The notes under the pieces were generated by a model that was not told the origin of the DNA, did no database searches, and worked only from the letters and a program-made list of their open reading frames with translations. A stretch of DNA of 64,000 nucleotides from Octopus sinensis (Eukaryota), in contig NC_043004.1 in the NCBI RefSeq assembly GCF_006345805.1, positions 25,792,001-25,856,000 on the forward strand, given 5' to 3'. Every line of letters starts with the position of its first letter. Positions within the stretch are counted from its first letter, which is position 1. Both the position numbers and the translations under genes were made by a program. Shown here one piece after another: positions 40,741 to 52,550 of this stretch.

Positions 40741-41049
40741 GAGGCTCTATCAATCCTTTCCTCACAACTCATCAACTATTTTCTTAATTTCCCATGACAG
40801 TGAACTGATATCCTCTGTATCCAACATGCCTCTAATCATCTATCACACTATTTTCACTCAGTACAGTTCCTATTCTGCCTCATATTCTGGGGGTACCTGG
40901 ACCTCACATCTCTTGCTTTCTCTCACTTTCCAGGTGGGCAAGCTATGTATTCACCTCTTTGGCAAGACACCTGCACTTCTCCCTTAATGATAGTTTCATT
41001 CTCTAGTCAATAACTCACTCAGTTGAAGGATCTTATCTTGTGAGCAATG

Positions 41050-41240
41050 GGTGACATCGCTGGAGCTCGTACTACATAAAAAGCACTAAGTACACTCCGT
41101 TAAGTGAAAGGCTTTAGGAAGAGCATCAAGTTGTAGAAACCATACCAGACATAGAACCAGGTGGAGGCCACTGGCTCATTTGTTCTTGTCAAACTGTCCA
41201 ACCTATTCCAGTATGGAAAAAGAGATGCTAAATGATGATA
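41050..41240 (+). mobile_element. Decayed SINE/RTE tail
   Basis: AGGAAGAGCATCAAGTTGTAGAAACC...AAATGATGAT tail. Confidence 0.6.
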
Positions 41241-41267
41241 ACACACATCTATACCTATATATACATA

Positions 41268-41314
<47 letters not shown>

Positions 41315-41783
41315 ACATACATACACACACACACATAACAACCAATAATATGTATGAAGAAAACCATATCATTTAAAAATCCAACAATTGTTTCAACTGT
41401 ATTGACACATATATATTCTTATATACATATATCATGTAAATATACATAATGTTATTAAAATCAATAATAATAATAATATATACAAAAATTTATGTCAACA
41501 CAACATTATAAAGGCAATCCAAATTGGTGAAATTCTAACTGAACATCAGAAAAAATTTTAGCTGTTAAAAAAAATGCTAAAAAACCCCGCCAAACCAAAT
41601 TTAACTTTAGACATTCATTCATTCAACCAAGAGTGATGTCACTGAATAACTAATTTGCTTTATAAAAATTAAATATAAAAAATACCACGCTAATTCTATA
41701 TTTTTTGACAATTTGAAATCTACATAGAAAAAAACACCCCAAAAACATGCCTGTATTATATAATATATATATATATATTATTT

Positions 41784-41817
<34 letters not shown>

Positions 41818-42009
41818 AAATGGAATGGAGACAAGAAGTGGAACGAACCGACAAATCGAAACGAACCTGACGCGGGGCGCTGTCAGACAATAATGTGATA
41901 ATTAAAAATATATGCATACATACAAACATATATGTACGTACCTACATTACATGTATAATACATGCATATATAAATAAATATACGTAAGTACAGGACGCCA
42001 CAACAAGAC

Positions 42010-42074
<65 letters not shown>

Positions 42075-42156
42075 AATATTTACTGCCAAACTAACTTGGC
42101 AGCCCAAAGTAATAGGACAAATGGTGTTGTTGATTAGCTCCAAGAGGCGATCACCT

Positions 42157-42249
42157 CTAGCTAGCTATATGACACACAAATCTGTGTCCATAAACCTTCA
42201 AACACGGGAGGTTTATGGATGTAGATTTGTGCGTCATGTAGCTAGCTAG
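42157..42249. repeat. 41-bp inverted repeat with an 11-nt loop
   Basis: Arms 42157-42197 and 42209-42249: as plus-strand RNA, 36 Watson-Crick pairs, 4 G-U pairs and 1 mismatch. Confidence 0.93.
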
Positions 42250-42539
42250 AATCGATTGTCTCTCAAAGCTTATCAACAGCAGCATTCTTCCTATTTCTCT
42301 GGAGTTTGGAAATAAATATTAATACCCAGTACTGCTGCTGTACCTCTCCTTTAGAGAGATTTAGAAATTATAGCATATATATATAAAGAATATGAGGGGT
42401 TTAGTCCACTAGTGATCTAAAAGAATAGGTATGCTGAGTAAGTGCTATAGTTGGTTGACCATTAGGTTCCAAGATCACAGCTTATGCTGGATCTAGAGAT
42501 CCATATTAGGGGTTCGTTATAGCAGGTATATATTATATT

Positions 42540-42995
42540 AGACTAGAAAATCAAAAACCAAGGCAGAAAGAGTATCTCAAGTAAGTTAGAATAATTTAAT
42601 GAGGGGACGGTGAATTTGAAGTTTTACAGCTATTTCTGGGATAACTCAAGTGGTAGGTTAGCATGTCTACGCACATTCTGGAAAAAGATGAGTCGTAAAC
42701 ATTATTCTCCTGCCTATATTCTTCTAACTACTTCTACTCTTTATTCTTCTATTTTATTCCTTATAAACTGTGAATTTTATTCTTAGTAAACTGTAAATTT
42801 TCCCTGTCTAAAATATTCATTTTTTGTCTCTGATGACGGAATGCCCAGTCTGTGGACATGCTAACCTACCACTTGGGTTATCCCAGAAATAGCTGTAAGA
42901 CTTCAAATTCACCTTACACTGATTAAATTATTCTAAATGATTTGAGATAATTGTTGTGCCTTAGTTTTTGATTTTCCTCTAATACGATATGATAT
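42540..42995. mobile_element. Inverted repeat pair, probably a Penelope-like pLTR remnant
   Basis: 42540-42670 is the reverse complement of about 42855-42985. The right arm carries a hammerhead fold, as is typical of PLE pLTRs. Confidence 0.6.
42826..42901 (+). ncRNA. Candidate type I hammerhead ribozyme with extended stem II
   Basis: Helix I GUCU/AGAC, core CUGAUGA (42830-42836), imperfect stem II, GAAA (42886-42889), near-palindromic stem III AUAGCUGU and a GUA cleavage triplet ending at 42897. Confidence 0.6.
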
Positions 42996-43024
42996 GATAC
43001 AATATAATATGATATATATATATA

Positions 43025-44539
43025 TATATCATCATCATCATCATCGTCGTTTAACGTCCGTTCTCCATGCTAGCATGGGTTGGACGGTTCGACCGGGGTT
43101 CTGGGAAGCCAGAAGGCTGCACCAGGCTCCAGTCTAATTTGGCAATGTTTCTACAGCTGGATGCCCTTCCTAACGCCAACCACTCCGTGAGTGTAGTGGG
43201 TGCTTTTTACGTTCCACCTGCACAGGTGCCAGGCGGGGCTGGCAACGGCCACGGTCAGATTGGTGTATTTTATGTGCCACCGGCACGGAAGCCAGTCGAG
43301 GCGATGCTGGCATCGGCCACGAGTCGGATAGTGCTTTTTACGTACCCCCAGACCAGGGATCCTGGCTGGTTCAATTCGATTTCGATTTCGCTTGCCCCAA
43401 CATGTCTTCACAAGCAAAGGGGGTTGGCAAGGGTGCCTGTCGTACGGTCGCATTGGAGTATTTTACGTGCCACGGCCACGAGTCGGATAGTGCTTTTTAC
43501 GTACCACCAGACCAGGGATCCTGGCTGGTTCAATTCGATTTCGATTTCGCTTGCCCCAACATGTCTTCGCAAGCAAAGGGGGTTGGCAAGGGTGCCTGTC
43601 GTACGGTCGCATTGGAGTATTTTACGTGCCACGGCCACGAGTCGGATAGTGCTTTTTACGTACCACCAGACCAGGGATCCTGGCTGGTTCAATTCGATTT
43701 CGATTTCGCTTGCCCCAACATGTCTCACAAGCAAAGGAGGTTGGCATTGGGTGCCTGTCGTACGGTCGCATTGGAGTATTTTACGTGCCACGGCACGAGT
43801 CGGATAGTGCTTTTTACGTACCACCAGGCCAGGGATCCTGGCTGGTTCAATTCGGTTTCGATTTCGCTTGCCCCAACATGTCTTCGCAAGCATGGGGGGT
43901 TGGCATGGGTGTCTGTCGTCGGATGAGGTTCTATATCGACTTCGCTTGCCTCAGCCGGTCTTTGTGTCCAAGGGAGGAAAGGCATTCATAAGTGGGCTGG
44001 GCTCACTTGTCCTGCCTGGTCTTCTCACGTACAGAATATTTCCAAAGGTCTCGGTCTCTGGTCCATTTCCTCAGTGAGGCCTAAAGTTCGAAGGTCGTGC
44101 TTCACCACCTCGTCCCAGGTTTTCCTGGGTCTACTCTCCCACGGGTTCCCTCAACTGCTAGGGATTGGCACTTTCTCACACACCTATCTTCATCCATTCT
44201 CGCCACATGACCATACCAGCGCAATCGTCTCTCTTGCACACCACAACTGATGCTTCTTAGGTACAACATTTCTCTCAAGGTGCTAACGCTCTGTCGAGTA
44301 TGTACACTGACATTACACATCCATCGGAGCATACTGGCTTCATTCCTCACGAGCTTACGCATGTCCTCAGCAGTCACGGCCCATGTTTCGCTGCCATGTA
44401 GCATGGCTGTTCGTACACACGCATCATACAGTCTGCCTTTTACTCTGAGCGAGAGGCTTTAGTCACCAGCAGAGGTAAGAGCTCCCTAAACTTTGCCCAG
44501 GCTATTCTTATTCTAGCAGTTACACTTTCAGCGCACCCA

Positions 44540-44545
<6 letters not shown>
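43025..44545 (-). mobile_element. Young 5'-truncated RTE LINE (RT C-terminus, 3' UTR with tandem array, (GAT)n tail)
   Basis: ARIRIAWAKFRELLPLL and MLHGSETWAV...RRLRWYGHVARM. CpGs intact; truncated at a (TA)n tract. Confidence 0.92.
43321..43920. repeat. 159-bp tandem repeat, about 3.8 copies, in the RTE 3' UTR
   Basis: GAGTCGGATA recurs at 43321, 43480, 43639 and 43797; the ORF track shows a 53-aa periodicity. Confidence 0.95.
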
Positions 44546-44574
<29 letters not shown>

Positions 44575-44599
44575 CACACACAAAATTAATAGGAGTTCT

Positions 44600-44890
44600 G
44601 TGACGCAAACAATCTCATAATCTGCAACACTAACTTCAAAAAACCAGCCAACTACCAAATCACTTATCAGTCTGGTGAGCACATAAGGCAAATTGACTAC
44701 CTCCTCACCAGGCAACAAAATAGACGGATGCTTAAAAATGCAAAGTCATTCCCAGGTGAAGAGTGTACAACCCAACATAGGTTACTAGTTAGTGACTTCA
44801 GAATTAGAGCTAGAAAGACTTGGAGAAATAAACCAATCTGGAAAAGAAAACTATGGAAGCTCAAAGACTCAGCAAACAAACTCCTCAGGT
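44600..44890 (+). mobile_element. RTE endonuclease C-terminal fragment
   Basis: QIDY...NAKSFPGEECTTQHRLLVSDF...WKLKD. Confidence 0.8.
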
Positions 44891-45289
44891 GTGAAAATAT
44901 GATTTTAAGCTGGGAGATTTACATTTCAGTTTTGCTGTATTGAGAGATTTTATTGGCTAGACAGATGCACAGACTAACAGAAGCCCACTTTCATGGGTTT
45001 AAATCAAAGCAAAGACAGACACGTACATTAATATGTTTATTCATGAGCATATGTCAGTATATGTTACATGTATGTGTGTCAGCCAATCACAAATGCACAA
45101 AGGTATACACATACATACATACATACATATATGAATACATAATTATACACATATATCCTACAAGGTGCAGACATACTGATGCTTCCCAGAATACCATAGA
45201 TATCACTTGATATTTAATAGACATAATGTAAAGGTGTCAAATGCAACCTCCTCCAACTGGGAGCAACATATGCACTGAATAAACAATAT

Positions 45290-45568
45290 TAAACCTCCAG
45301 TTCTATATTTAAGAGATGAGGAATTACGTACATTATTTATATTACATTTGACGAATATTTGTCCTCATCTTGTTTGTTGTTAACACAACATTTCGGCTGA
45401 TATACCTTCTAGCCTTCATCAGGTGTCTTCGGGAAATTTCGAACTTGGGTTCTCATTTCCAAGATATTTTTCGATGTTATTATTATTATTATTTAGGTCA
45501 CTGACTAGAATCGAACTTGGAATCTTGGGGTTAGTAGCCCACACTCTTAACCACTATGCCATATGCCC
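45290..45568 (-). mobile_element. tRNA-headed SINE-like element with a 3' hammerhead ribozyme
   Basis: 73-nt tRNA-like head at 45568-45496 (A-box TGGCATAGTGG, B-box GTTCGATTC), then (AAT)n, then the hammerhead fold at 45426-45383. Confidence 0.72.
45383..45426 (-). ncRNA. Minimal type I hammerhead ribozyme
   Basis: ACAC-CUGAUGA-A-GGCU(12-nt loop)AGCC-GAAA-UG-UU/GUGU. Helix I ACAC/GUGU abuts both the core and the cleavage site. Confidence 0.75.
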
Positions 45569-45574
45569 ATGGAA

Positions 45575-45830
45575 CCAGTGAATCTTGAGAATATTTGGGC
45601 CTCAACTTAGACAACAAATAGATTCACAAAGGTGGGGCCCATTTTTCTTCCCATGGCCACTCCCGAGACCTATTTGTAAAATCCCCCATGAATGAGAAGC
45701 AGTTAAGGGAGAGAACAAGTTCAGTCAGACAAAGAAGTGTGGATGTGTTAGGTTGGGGGTTAGGTTGAAGGTCAAGGTAGTGGTTGAGAGCAAGAAGCGC
45801 CTTGTGGTGTAGGATATTATATATGTACAT
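45575..45830 (-). mobile_element. Penelope-like RT fragment, same family as 58530-60534
   Basis: Exact matches GAGAATATTTGGGCCTCAAC and TTCCCATGGCCACTCCCGAGACCT to about 60440-60520; peptide LTELVLSLNCFSF. Confidence 0.8.
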
Positions 45831-46007
45831 AAATATATCATCATCATCATCGTTTAGCGTCTGCTTTCCATAGATTGGACAGTTCAACTGGGGTCTGGGA
45901 AGCCAGGAGGCTGCACCAGGCCCAGTCTATCTAAATATATAAAATATATCTAAATATATAATATATATACAATATATTCATATATTTATATATATATATA
46001 TATATAA

Positions 46008-46038
<31 letters not shown>

Positions 46039-47048
46039 ATTATACATGTATAATATATATATATATAATATATATAACACACACACACACACACACATAT
46101 AAAATATTATATAATACATATATATATTATATATATATTATATGTATATATTACATATATATGTATAATATATATATGTGTATATATATAAGACACATAT
46201 ATAATATATATTAATACACATATATATATATTATATATATATATATATATCTATATATAATAATAATAATAATAATGATAATATAATAAATATTAGGGAG
46301 TATAACTCCAAACTTACAGGGAAAAATTCAATTTAGTATTAAATCAAATTTCACAATACAAATATATAATATATAAATTAGAGAAAAACCGTTATAATGC
46401 AATTCAGCATATGCATTCCTTTAACAATAGATATCTAATGAATTTTACTGGGCTTAGTAAATATATGTATGGGAACTTAAATCTCAACGAATTAAGTATA
46501 ATTTAAAATGGGAGATTGTTTGTAAGGCAAAATCATATAGTATAGGTAGCAATTCTTGTTTATTATGAACTAGTGAATTTAAAGAAATAATATTTAATAA
46601 TCATAATAAATTAGTTAATTCATTGAATGAGCGTAAAATTAAATGTAGACATAAATTACTTTACTTATATAATAAATTTTTAGATAAATAGTGAGTTTAA
46701 ACCCTATTTTTGTTACTAACTTGTTTGCAATTATAATTTGTAGTAGTATTAAGTCTATAAATTAGCATGTGATTATATATTGTATATTACATAATTAAAT
46801 AAGTCTAAATTAAATATTTATTATTAAATAAATAAATATATAAATTAATTAATTGATTAATTATAGTAGTGTTGTGGTTGTAGTTTTGTAGGGTGTTTTG
46901 AATATAAGTCAAAAAGAGTTAGTAAAGGATTTTTACGTTGTTTGAATTAGATTATATTTTGATGTTTATTTAATTAATAAATTTTTTTTCTCTAGTTTCA
47001 GCTCAGAGCTGCAGCCATGCTGATGCACCGCCGTTTTCTGCAACACTG

Positions 47049-47340
47049 TTAGTGCGAAGAACCTCGTCTAATATGTGGCACTTGGTGAAGAATGGAGTTT
47101 GATATAGCTACTCTCATTTGCACCTCTTGCCGTGAGGTAGGTTCATCTGGGACTCTCGACAGGAAAATGTCCAGCTTTGATTTAAAAACCGCTACATCTA
47201 CTTTGTGCAAGTTCCTCAGACTCTTTGGGAGAATATTAAAAAGCTGTGGGCCCTTGAAACCCAAGCTGTTGCAGAAGCTGGTCCTGAAGCGTGATGGCAT
47301 TGCTGGGATCTTTGGCACTATGCAGTGTCGTCCCATATAT
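47049..47340 (-). mobile_element. CR1-clade LINE 3' fragment
   Basis: NSLGFKGPQLFNILPKSLRNL...FKSKLDIFLSRVPDEP. A SINE family 2 fragment is adjacent at about 46990-47035. Confidence 0.82.
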
Positions 47341-48805
47341 AATTTATTTAATGGATATTGTTATCATTATTATTATACTTATTATATGTGTACTAAAATT
47401 AAAAGTATTAAGTATTACTTTTTGGGGGAAATAGTTTTAGTAATGCTAAATAATTTTGAATATGTAGTAAAAAATTTTATCTATATGTACTATTTATTTA
47501 TAATAATATGTTAGTATAGTTTTTTACATACTTAGAGTTAGATTATACTTTGATGTTTATTTAATTAATAAATATATAATTTAATTAATGAATATAGATT
47601 AAAAGATAGTAATTTAATTATTATTGTTATTATTATTATTATTATTACTATTATACTTATTATATGTGTACTAAAATCAAAAGTATTAAGTATTATCATT
47701 TTGGGAAATAGTAACGTAAAATACTTTTGAATGTGTAGTAAAAACTTTTTTTATGTACTATTTTATTTAATAATAATAATAATAATAAGTACTTTATTTA
47801 TTCCCTTAATGACCGAAGTATTAGATCTAAATATAAATTAATTTACTTATATATAATAAGTTTAATTTATTAGTGAGGATTTATTTTGAGCATTTATTTG
47901 ATATATAATATATATTTGGTGTAAGTGATATTGTAGTTTATGTTTTGTGGCGGTGTTTTGTATATTAGTCAGCATGAGTTTGTATTAAATATTTAGAATT
48001 AGATTTATTTTAGATATTTATTTAATTAATAAATATTAATTACATTATAGTTTTTTAGATTAACTTAAGTATATTGAACTAGTGGTTAGAAAATTGAGAC
48101 TGAAAAAGTACTGTGTTTATATAGAATGGGTCCAGGGGTTGATTTGTTCGAATAAAGGCGGGGCTCCAGCGTAACCATATTTATATGAATGAAACAAGTA
48201 AATTAGTATAAGGGTAATAGAGAATGTAGAGTAAATTGTAGTTATATAAATTAGTTTAAGTATGTTGTGAATTTGAGTATATTTGTGTTTTACGTGTTTT
48301 CGTAGTAATTTTTGAATTTTGAAGTTTCTAGTGAATGATATTTTACAGTTTTTGTGATTTTATTCTCTTTTTGTTAAAGCTAAGATAAATTTGTAGTTTT
48401 CACTGATAAAATGTATATTTCTATCTGTTTGTTCTATTTATTTATATAAACGGTAAGTAATACGTTTTCCATTTTGAAATTTTTTAGTTCATAATATATC
48501 TTTGGAGGGATAAGTATACAATTTATTTAAGAAATAATAATGTAATCTATAGGATTATTGATTGATAAATATGAATGTCTAATTTTTTTTTTATTTGTTA
48601 ATGATAATTTAGATTCGTACATATATTTAATTATTCTTATTTTATAATTATTATATGTGAACTTAAATTGAAAAATATTAGTTTGGTTACTTTGTGAATT
48701 AGATTGTAAAATTTTTTTAGTATAAGTAAAGTTTTTTTATTATATTTAGTACTATTAAATTTAATAATAATAATAAGTACTTTTTACACAAATAATTTTA
48801 TAAAC

Positions 48806-48921
48806 TGTTGTGTGGACGCCCCCAGACGATGAAGTAGATTAGCTCAATACGTAGCTATAGAGGGAGAAGTCTAGATGTCGAGAGAAGTTGAGTAGAGGTC
48901 ATCCGAATGTGCGACATAACA
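48806..48921 (+). repeat. 5' LTR
   Basis: Differs from 52992-53107 at 8 of 116 positions (hand count). Confidence 0.95.
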
Positions 48922-48922
48922 G

Positions 48923-48935
48923 TGGCGACGAGGAT
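48923..48935 (+). promoter_or_regulatory. Primer-binding site TGGCGACGAGGAT, complementary to the recalled 3' end of tRNA-Ser(GCU)
   Basis: Starts 1 nt after the LTR end. A second copy TGGCGACGAGG lies at 48979-48989. Confidence 0.8.
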
Positions 48936-49009
48936 TTCGTAGCACACACAGCCACTGTGCAGTATTGCGATATAACAGTGGCGACGAGGTTTCGAATAGT
49001 ACCGAAATG

Positions 49010-52000
49010 GAAGAATCACTGAAGGCAGTTGTAAAACAACAAGAGCAGCAACTACAGAAGTTAACAGAATTGTTACTGCAGTCGAGAAATACTACAGAAT
49101 CATTTTCAGCAGATTGTGTTGCAAATTCCATCGAAGAATTTCACTACAATCCAGATGAAGGAACTACTTTTGCTGCATATTATAGACAATACGAAGACAT
49201 ATTCCGAGAGGAATGCAAGGGATGGTCTAGTGAAAGGAAGGTAAGGCTCCTTTTGCGAAGCTTGCTACTCAGGAACACAGAAGATTTTGTAACTTTATTT
49301 TGCCGAGAAAGTCCGCGGAATTGTGTTTTGATGAAATGATAAATATTTTGACTAATAGTTTTAGCAAGAAAAGTTTGCAGTTTAACATTCGATGGGAATG
49401 TTTGAATTTAAAGAAAAATGAGTCTGATGATTTTGTAACATATGCCGGTATGGTTAATAAGGCTTGCGAAAGGTTTAAGCTGGAGGAATTAATGCCAGAT
49501 ATGTTTAAGTACCTAATATTCATTAAAGGGCTAGTGGCAATGGAAGACACGGAAATTAGAAAAAGAATATTATCAAAGTTGAATCAAGATGTGAAACTCA
49601 CTTAGCAGAATGTGGCTGAGGAATGCCAACAAATAAGAAACCTTCGAGATGATACAAGAAAGATAGAAGACAAGAATAATAATGTACAAATGTGTAAAGA
49701 AAGTATAGAAAGAAGGAAAAATTTTAATTCAAAATGGTGCTATGGTTGCGGAGATCAACATTTGAGGAAAGATTGCCCTTTTAAAGATAAAACCTGTTTT
49801 AAGTGTGGTAAAATTGGACATATACAGACGAAATACCAGTAAAAAAAAATGGTAAAACAGAAGAAAGTCTACTCAACAAAAGTAAATTATACCATACAAA
49901 ACCGAAAATTTATGTTGGTAGAAATAAATGGGTTTCAGACCAAAATGCAATTGGATACCAGTTCAGATGTATCGATAATAAATACGGCAACATGGAGTAA
50001 GATAGGCAGGCCATTGTATAAAAAAACTACTAGGATAGCCAACAGTGTGTCAGGGGAACGAGTTCAATTCTTGGGCAAAATTTCACCAGAAATAAAACTT
50101 AAAAACAGGACGTGGAAATGTAAACTAATGATATCTAAGAATACAATGAGTGTGTTCAGGACAGATTTAATGGAAGGATTCGACCTGTGGGATTTATCAC
50201 TGAATACATTATGTAATAAGGTGAACGTGTCACAGTCCATATCAGAGAAAACATTGGAAAAAATGAAATTAAAACTGAAAAAGATGTACCTTGATATTTT
50301 TTTGAAAGAGCTTGGTATGTGTAAAAAAAATTAAAGTAAAGTTTGAGTTGAAAGAAAATGCGGTGCCGGTGTTCAAACTGAAAAGGAATGTACCTTTTGC
50401 GGCATTAAATCAAGTTAAGAAGGAATTAAAAAGATTGGAAGACATGGAAGTAATTGAAAAAGTAGACTACTCTGAGTGGGCGGCTCCTACGGTATATATA
50501 AAAAAGAACAATGAGGTAAGAGTATGTGCGGACTATTCAACTGGTCTTAATGATTGTTTAAAAAATTACAATTATTCGCTTCCAAAACCAGAGGAAATAT
50601 TAGCTAAGTGCCATGGTGGGAAAATTTTTTCCAAGCTGGATTTGTCAGAGGCCTACCTCCAATAACTGGTAGATGAAGAATGTGCTAAAGTATTAACAAT
50701 CAATACTCATAAAGGTCGGTACCATTTCAAAAGACTCTCATTTGGGGTTAAGGTCGCACCAGCAATATTTCAGCATGTGATGGACAATATGCTAGCAGAT
50801 TGTCAGTTGGTGGTCCATACTTAGATGACATATTGATCAAAAGTGAATCGAAGGACCAACATATTGAACATATAGAAGAGGTTTCCAAACTAATATGTGA
50901 TTATGGGTTTAAAGTAAGGGAGAATAAATGTGAATTTTTCTTGACAAAAATAAAGTACTTAGGACAGGTGATCGATGAAAACCGGACCCTTCTAGGATCG
51001 ACGCGATAAAAAAAAATGCCTGCTCCTACTAACAAAACAACACTATAAGCATTTTTAGGTTTGGTAAGTTATTACCAGTTATACATACCTAAAATGTATG
51101 AGCTAAGAGCTCCGTTGAATAAGTTGCTAAAGAAGGACTCAAAATGGAGCTGGACAAATGAATATCAGAAATCATTCAAGGAATTAAAAAAGCTGTTAAC
51201 AGCAGAGTTATCATTAACTCATTTTGACCCAAATCTGAAAATAATTGTGGCATCGGATGCCAGTGAATATTGTATAGGAGCTGTGATATTGCATAAATTT
51301 AATGATGGTAAAATCAAAGCTATTGCACATGCATCAAGAGTTCTATTACTAGCGGAAAGAAACTACAGCCAGATTGAAAAAGAGGTGTTATCATTAATCT
51401 TCACAGTAAAAAAATTCCATAAATTCTTACATGGGAGGAAGTTTACACTGCAAATAGACAACTGTTATTGTCTATTTTTGGTTTGAAAAAGGATATCCCA
51501 ACGCACTCAGCAAACTGCTTACAGTGCTGGGGGACTACTCTGTTGAACTACAATTTCCAGATGGAGTTTTTGCCATCAATAAAAATGGGACATGCAGATG
51601 GGTTGTCTAGGCTAATTCCAAAATATGAGAAACCTTTTGAAGTCACGGTGATTGCATCGTTCAAACTAGAAATGGAACTGAAGAATATTTTGTGCAATGT
51701 AGTACGTGATTTGCTGGTAACGCTGGAAGCAATTAAAATGAAATCAGGAAATGATAGGTTCATAAGATTAAAAAATATAAATGAGCGGGACGCATGTTCA
51801 AAGCACTATTTAGTATGTGATGAAGTATTATTATATGCGCAAAGAGTGGTAATACCTGAAGCAATGCAAAACAGAGTATTAAAAGACTTTCATGTAGGAC
51901 ATCCAGGGATTGTCCAGATGAAGAGCCTTATGAGAAGTTACGTTTATTGGCTGAATATGGACAAGCAAATTGAGAGATTGGTAAAACAGTGTAGGGGATG

Positions 52001-52550
52001 CGCTATGGCAGCAAAGGCGCCCCCAGTGCAGATTCAGTTGTGGCCAAAAACGGATTCAGCATGGTCTAGACTACATGTGGATTTTGCAGGACCAATAAAT
52101 GGCTCACATTATATCATTGTGGTGGAAAGCTATTCCAAATGGCCTGAAGTGTGTAAATGTTCAAGGCCTACCACAAATGTGACTATTGACTTCTTGGAAG
52201 AACTGTTCGCTTGTTATGGAGTGCCATAAACGATCGTGTCAGATAATGGTACACGATTCACGGCGAAGGAGTTCGAAAGATTCTATAAATCGGTTCAGAT
52301 GAAGCATGTGTTAACTCCGCCATACCATCCAAGGTCAAATGGGTTAGTGGAAAGATTCATCGACACATTCAAGAGAGCCTTAAGGAAGACCAGACGGGAA
52401 ATCTTTGAAGATACAAATATGACAAAGTTTTTGCAGGTGTATAGAATAACACTGAATCCAAATGCAGAGTCGGGTAGGTCACCAGCAGATTTGATGTCTT
52501 CCAGAAAAATTTGTTCTATTTTTGACAAATGGTTGCTGAACAAGAAATAG
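49010..52550 (+). pseudogene. Fragmented gag-pol of the Gypsy element
   Basis: ORF-track pieces from 48965 to 52550 in several frames carry Gag, PR, RT, RH and INT motifs. Confidence 0.9.

Noticed and set aside
43067-43926. Long ORFs (246, 174, 161 aa) with repeated peptide units; array superficially CRISPR-like
   Set aside because: These are translations of a 159-bp tandem repeat in an RTE 3' UTR. There are no unique spacers or cas genes, and the context is eukaryotic.
45496-45568. tRNA gene
   Set aside because: A and B boxes are present but the acceptor and anticodon stems pair poorly. It is treated as a SINE head, as are the other tRNA-like heads.
46430-48800. Mitochondrial insertion (NUMT), suggested by AT richness and strand skew
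   Set aside because: No mitochondrial gene, tRNA or rRNA motif was recognised, and the region is bounded by TIRs and internally modular. A BLAST against cephalopod mtDNA would settle it.
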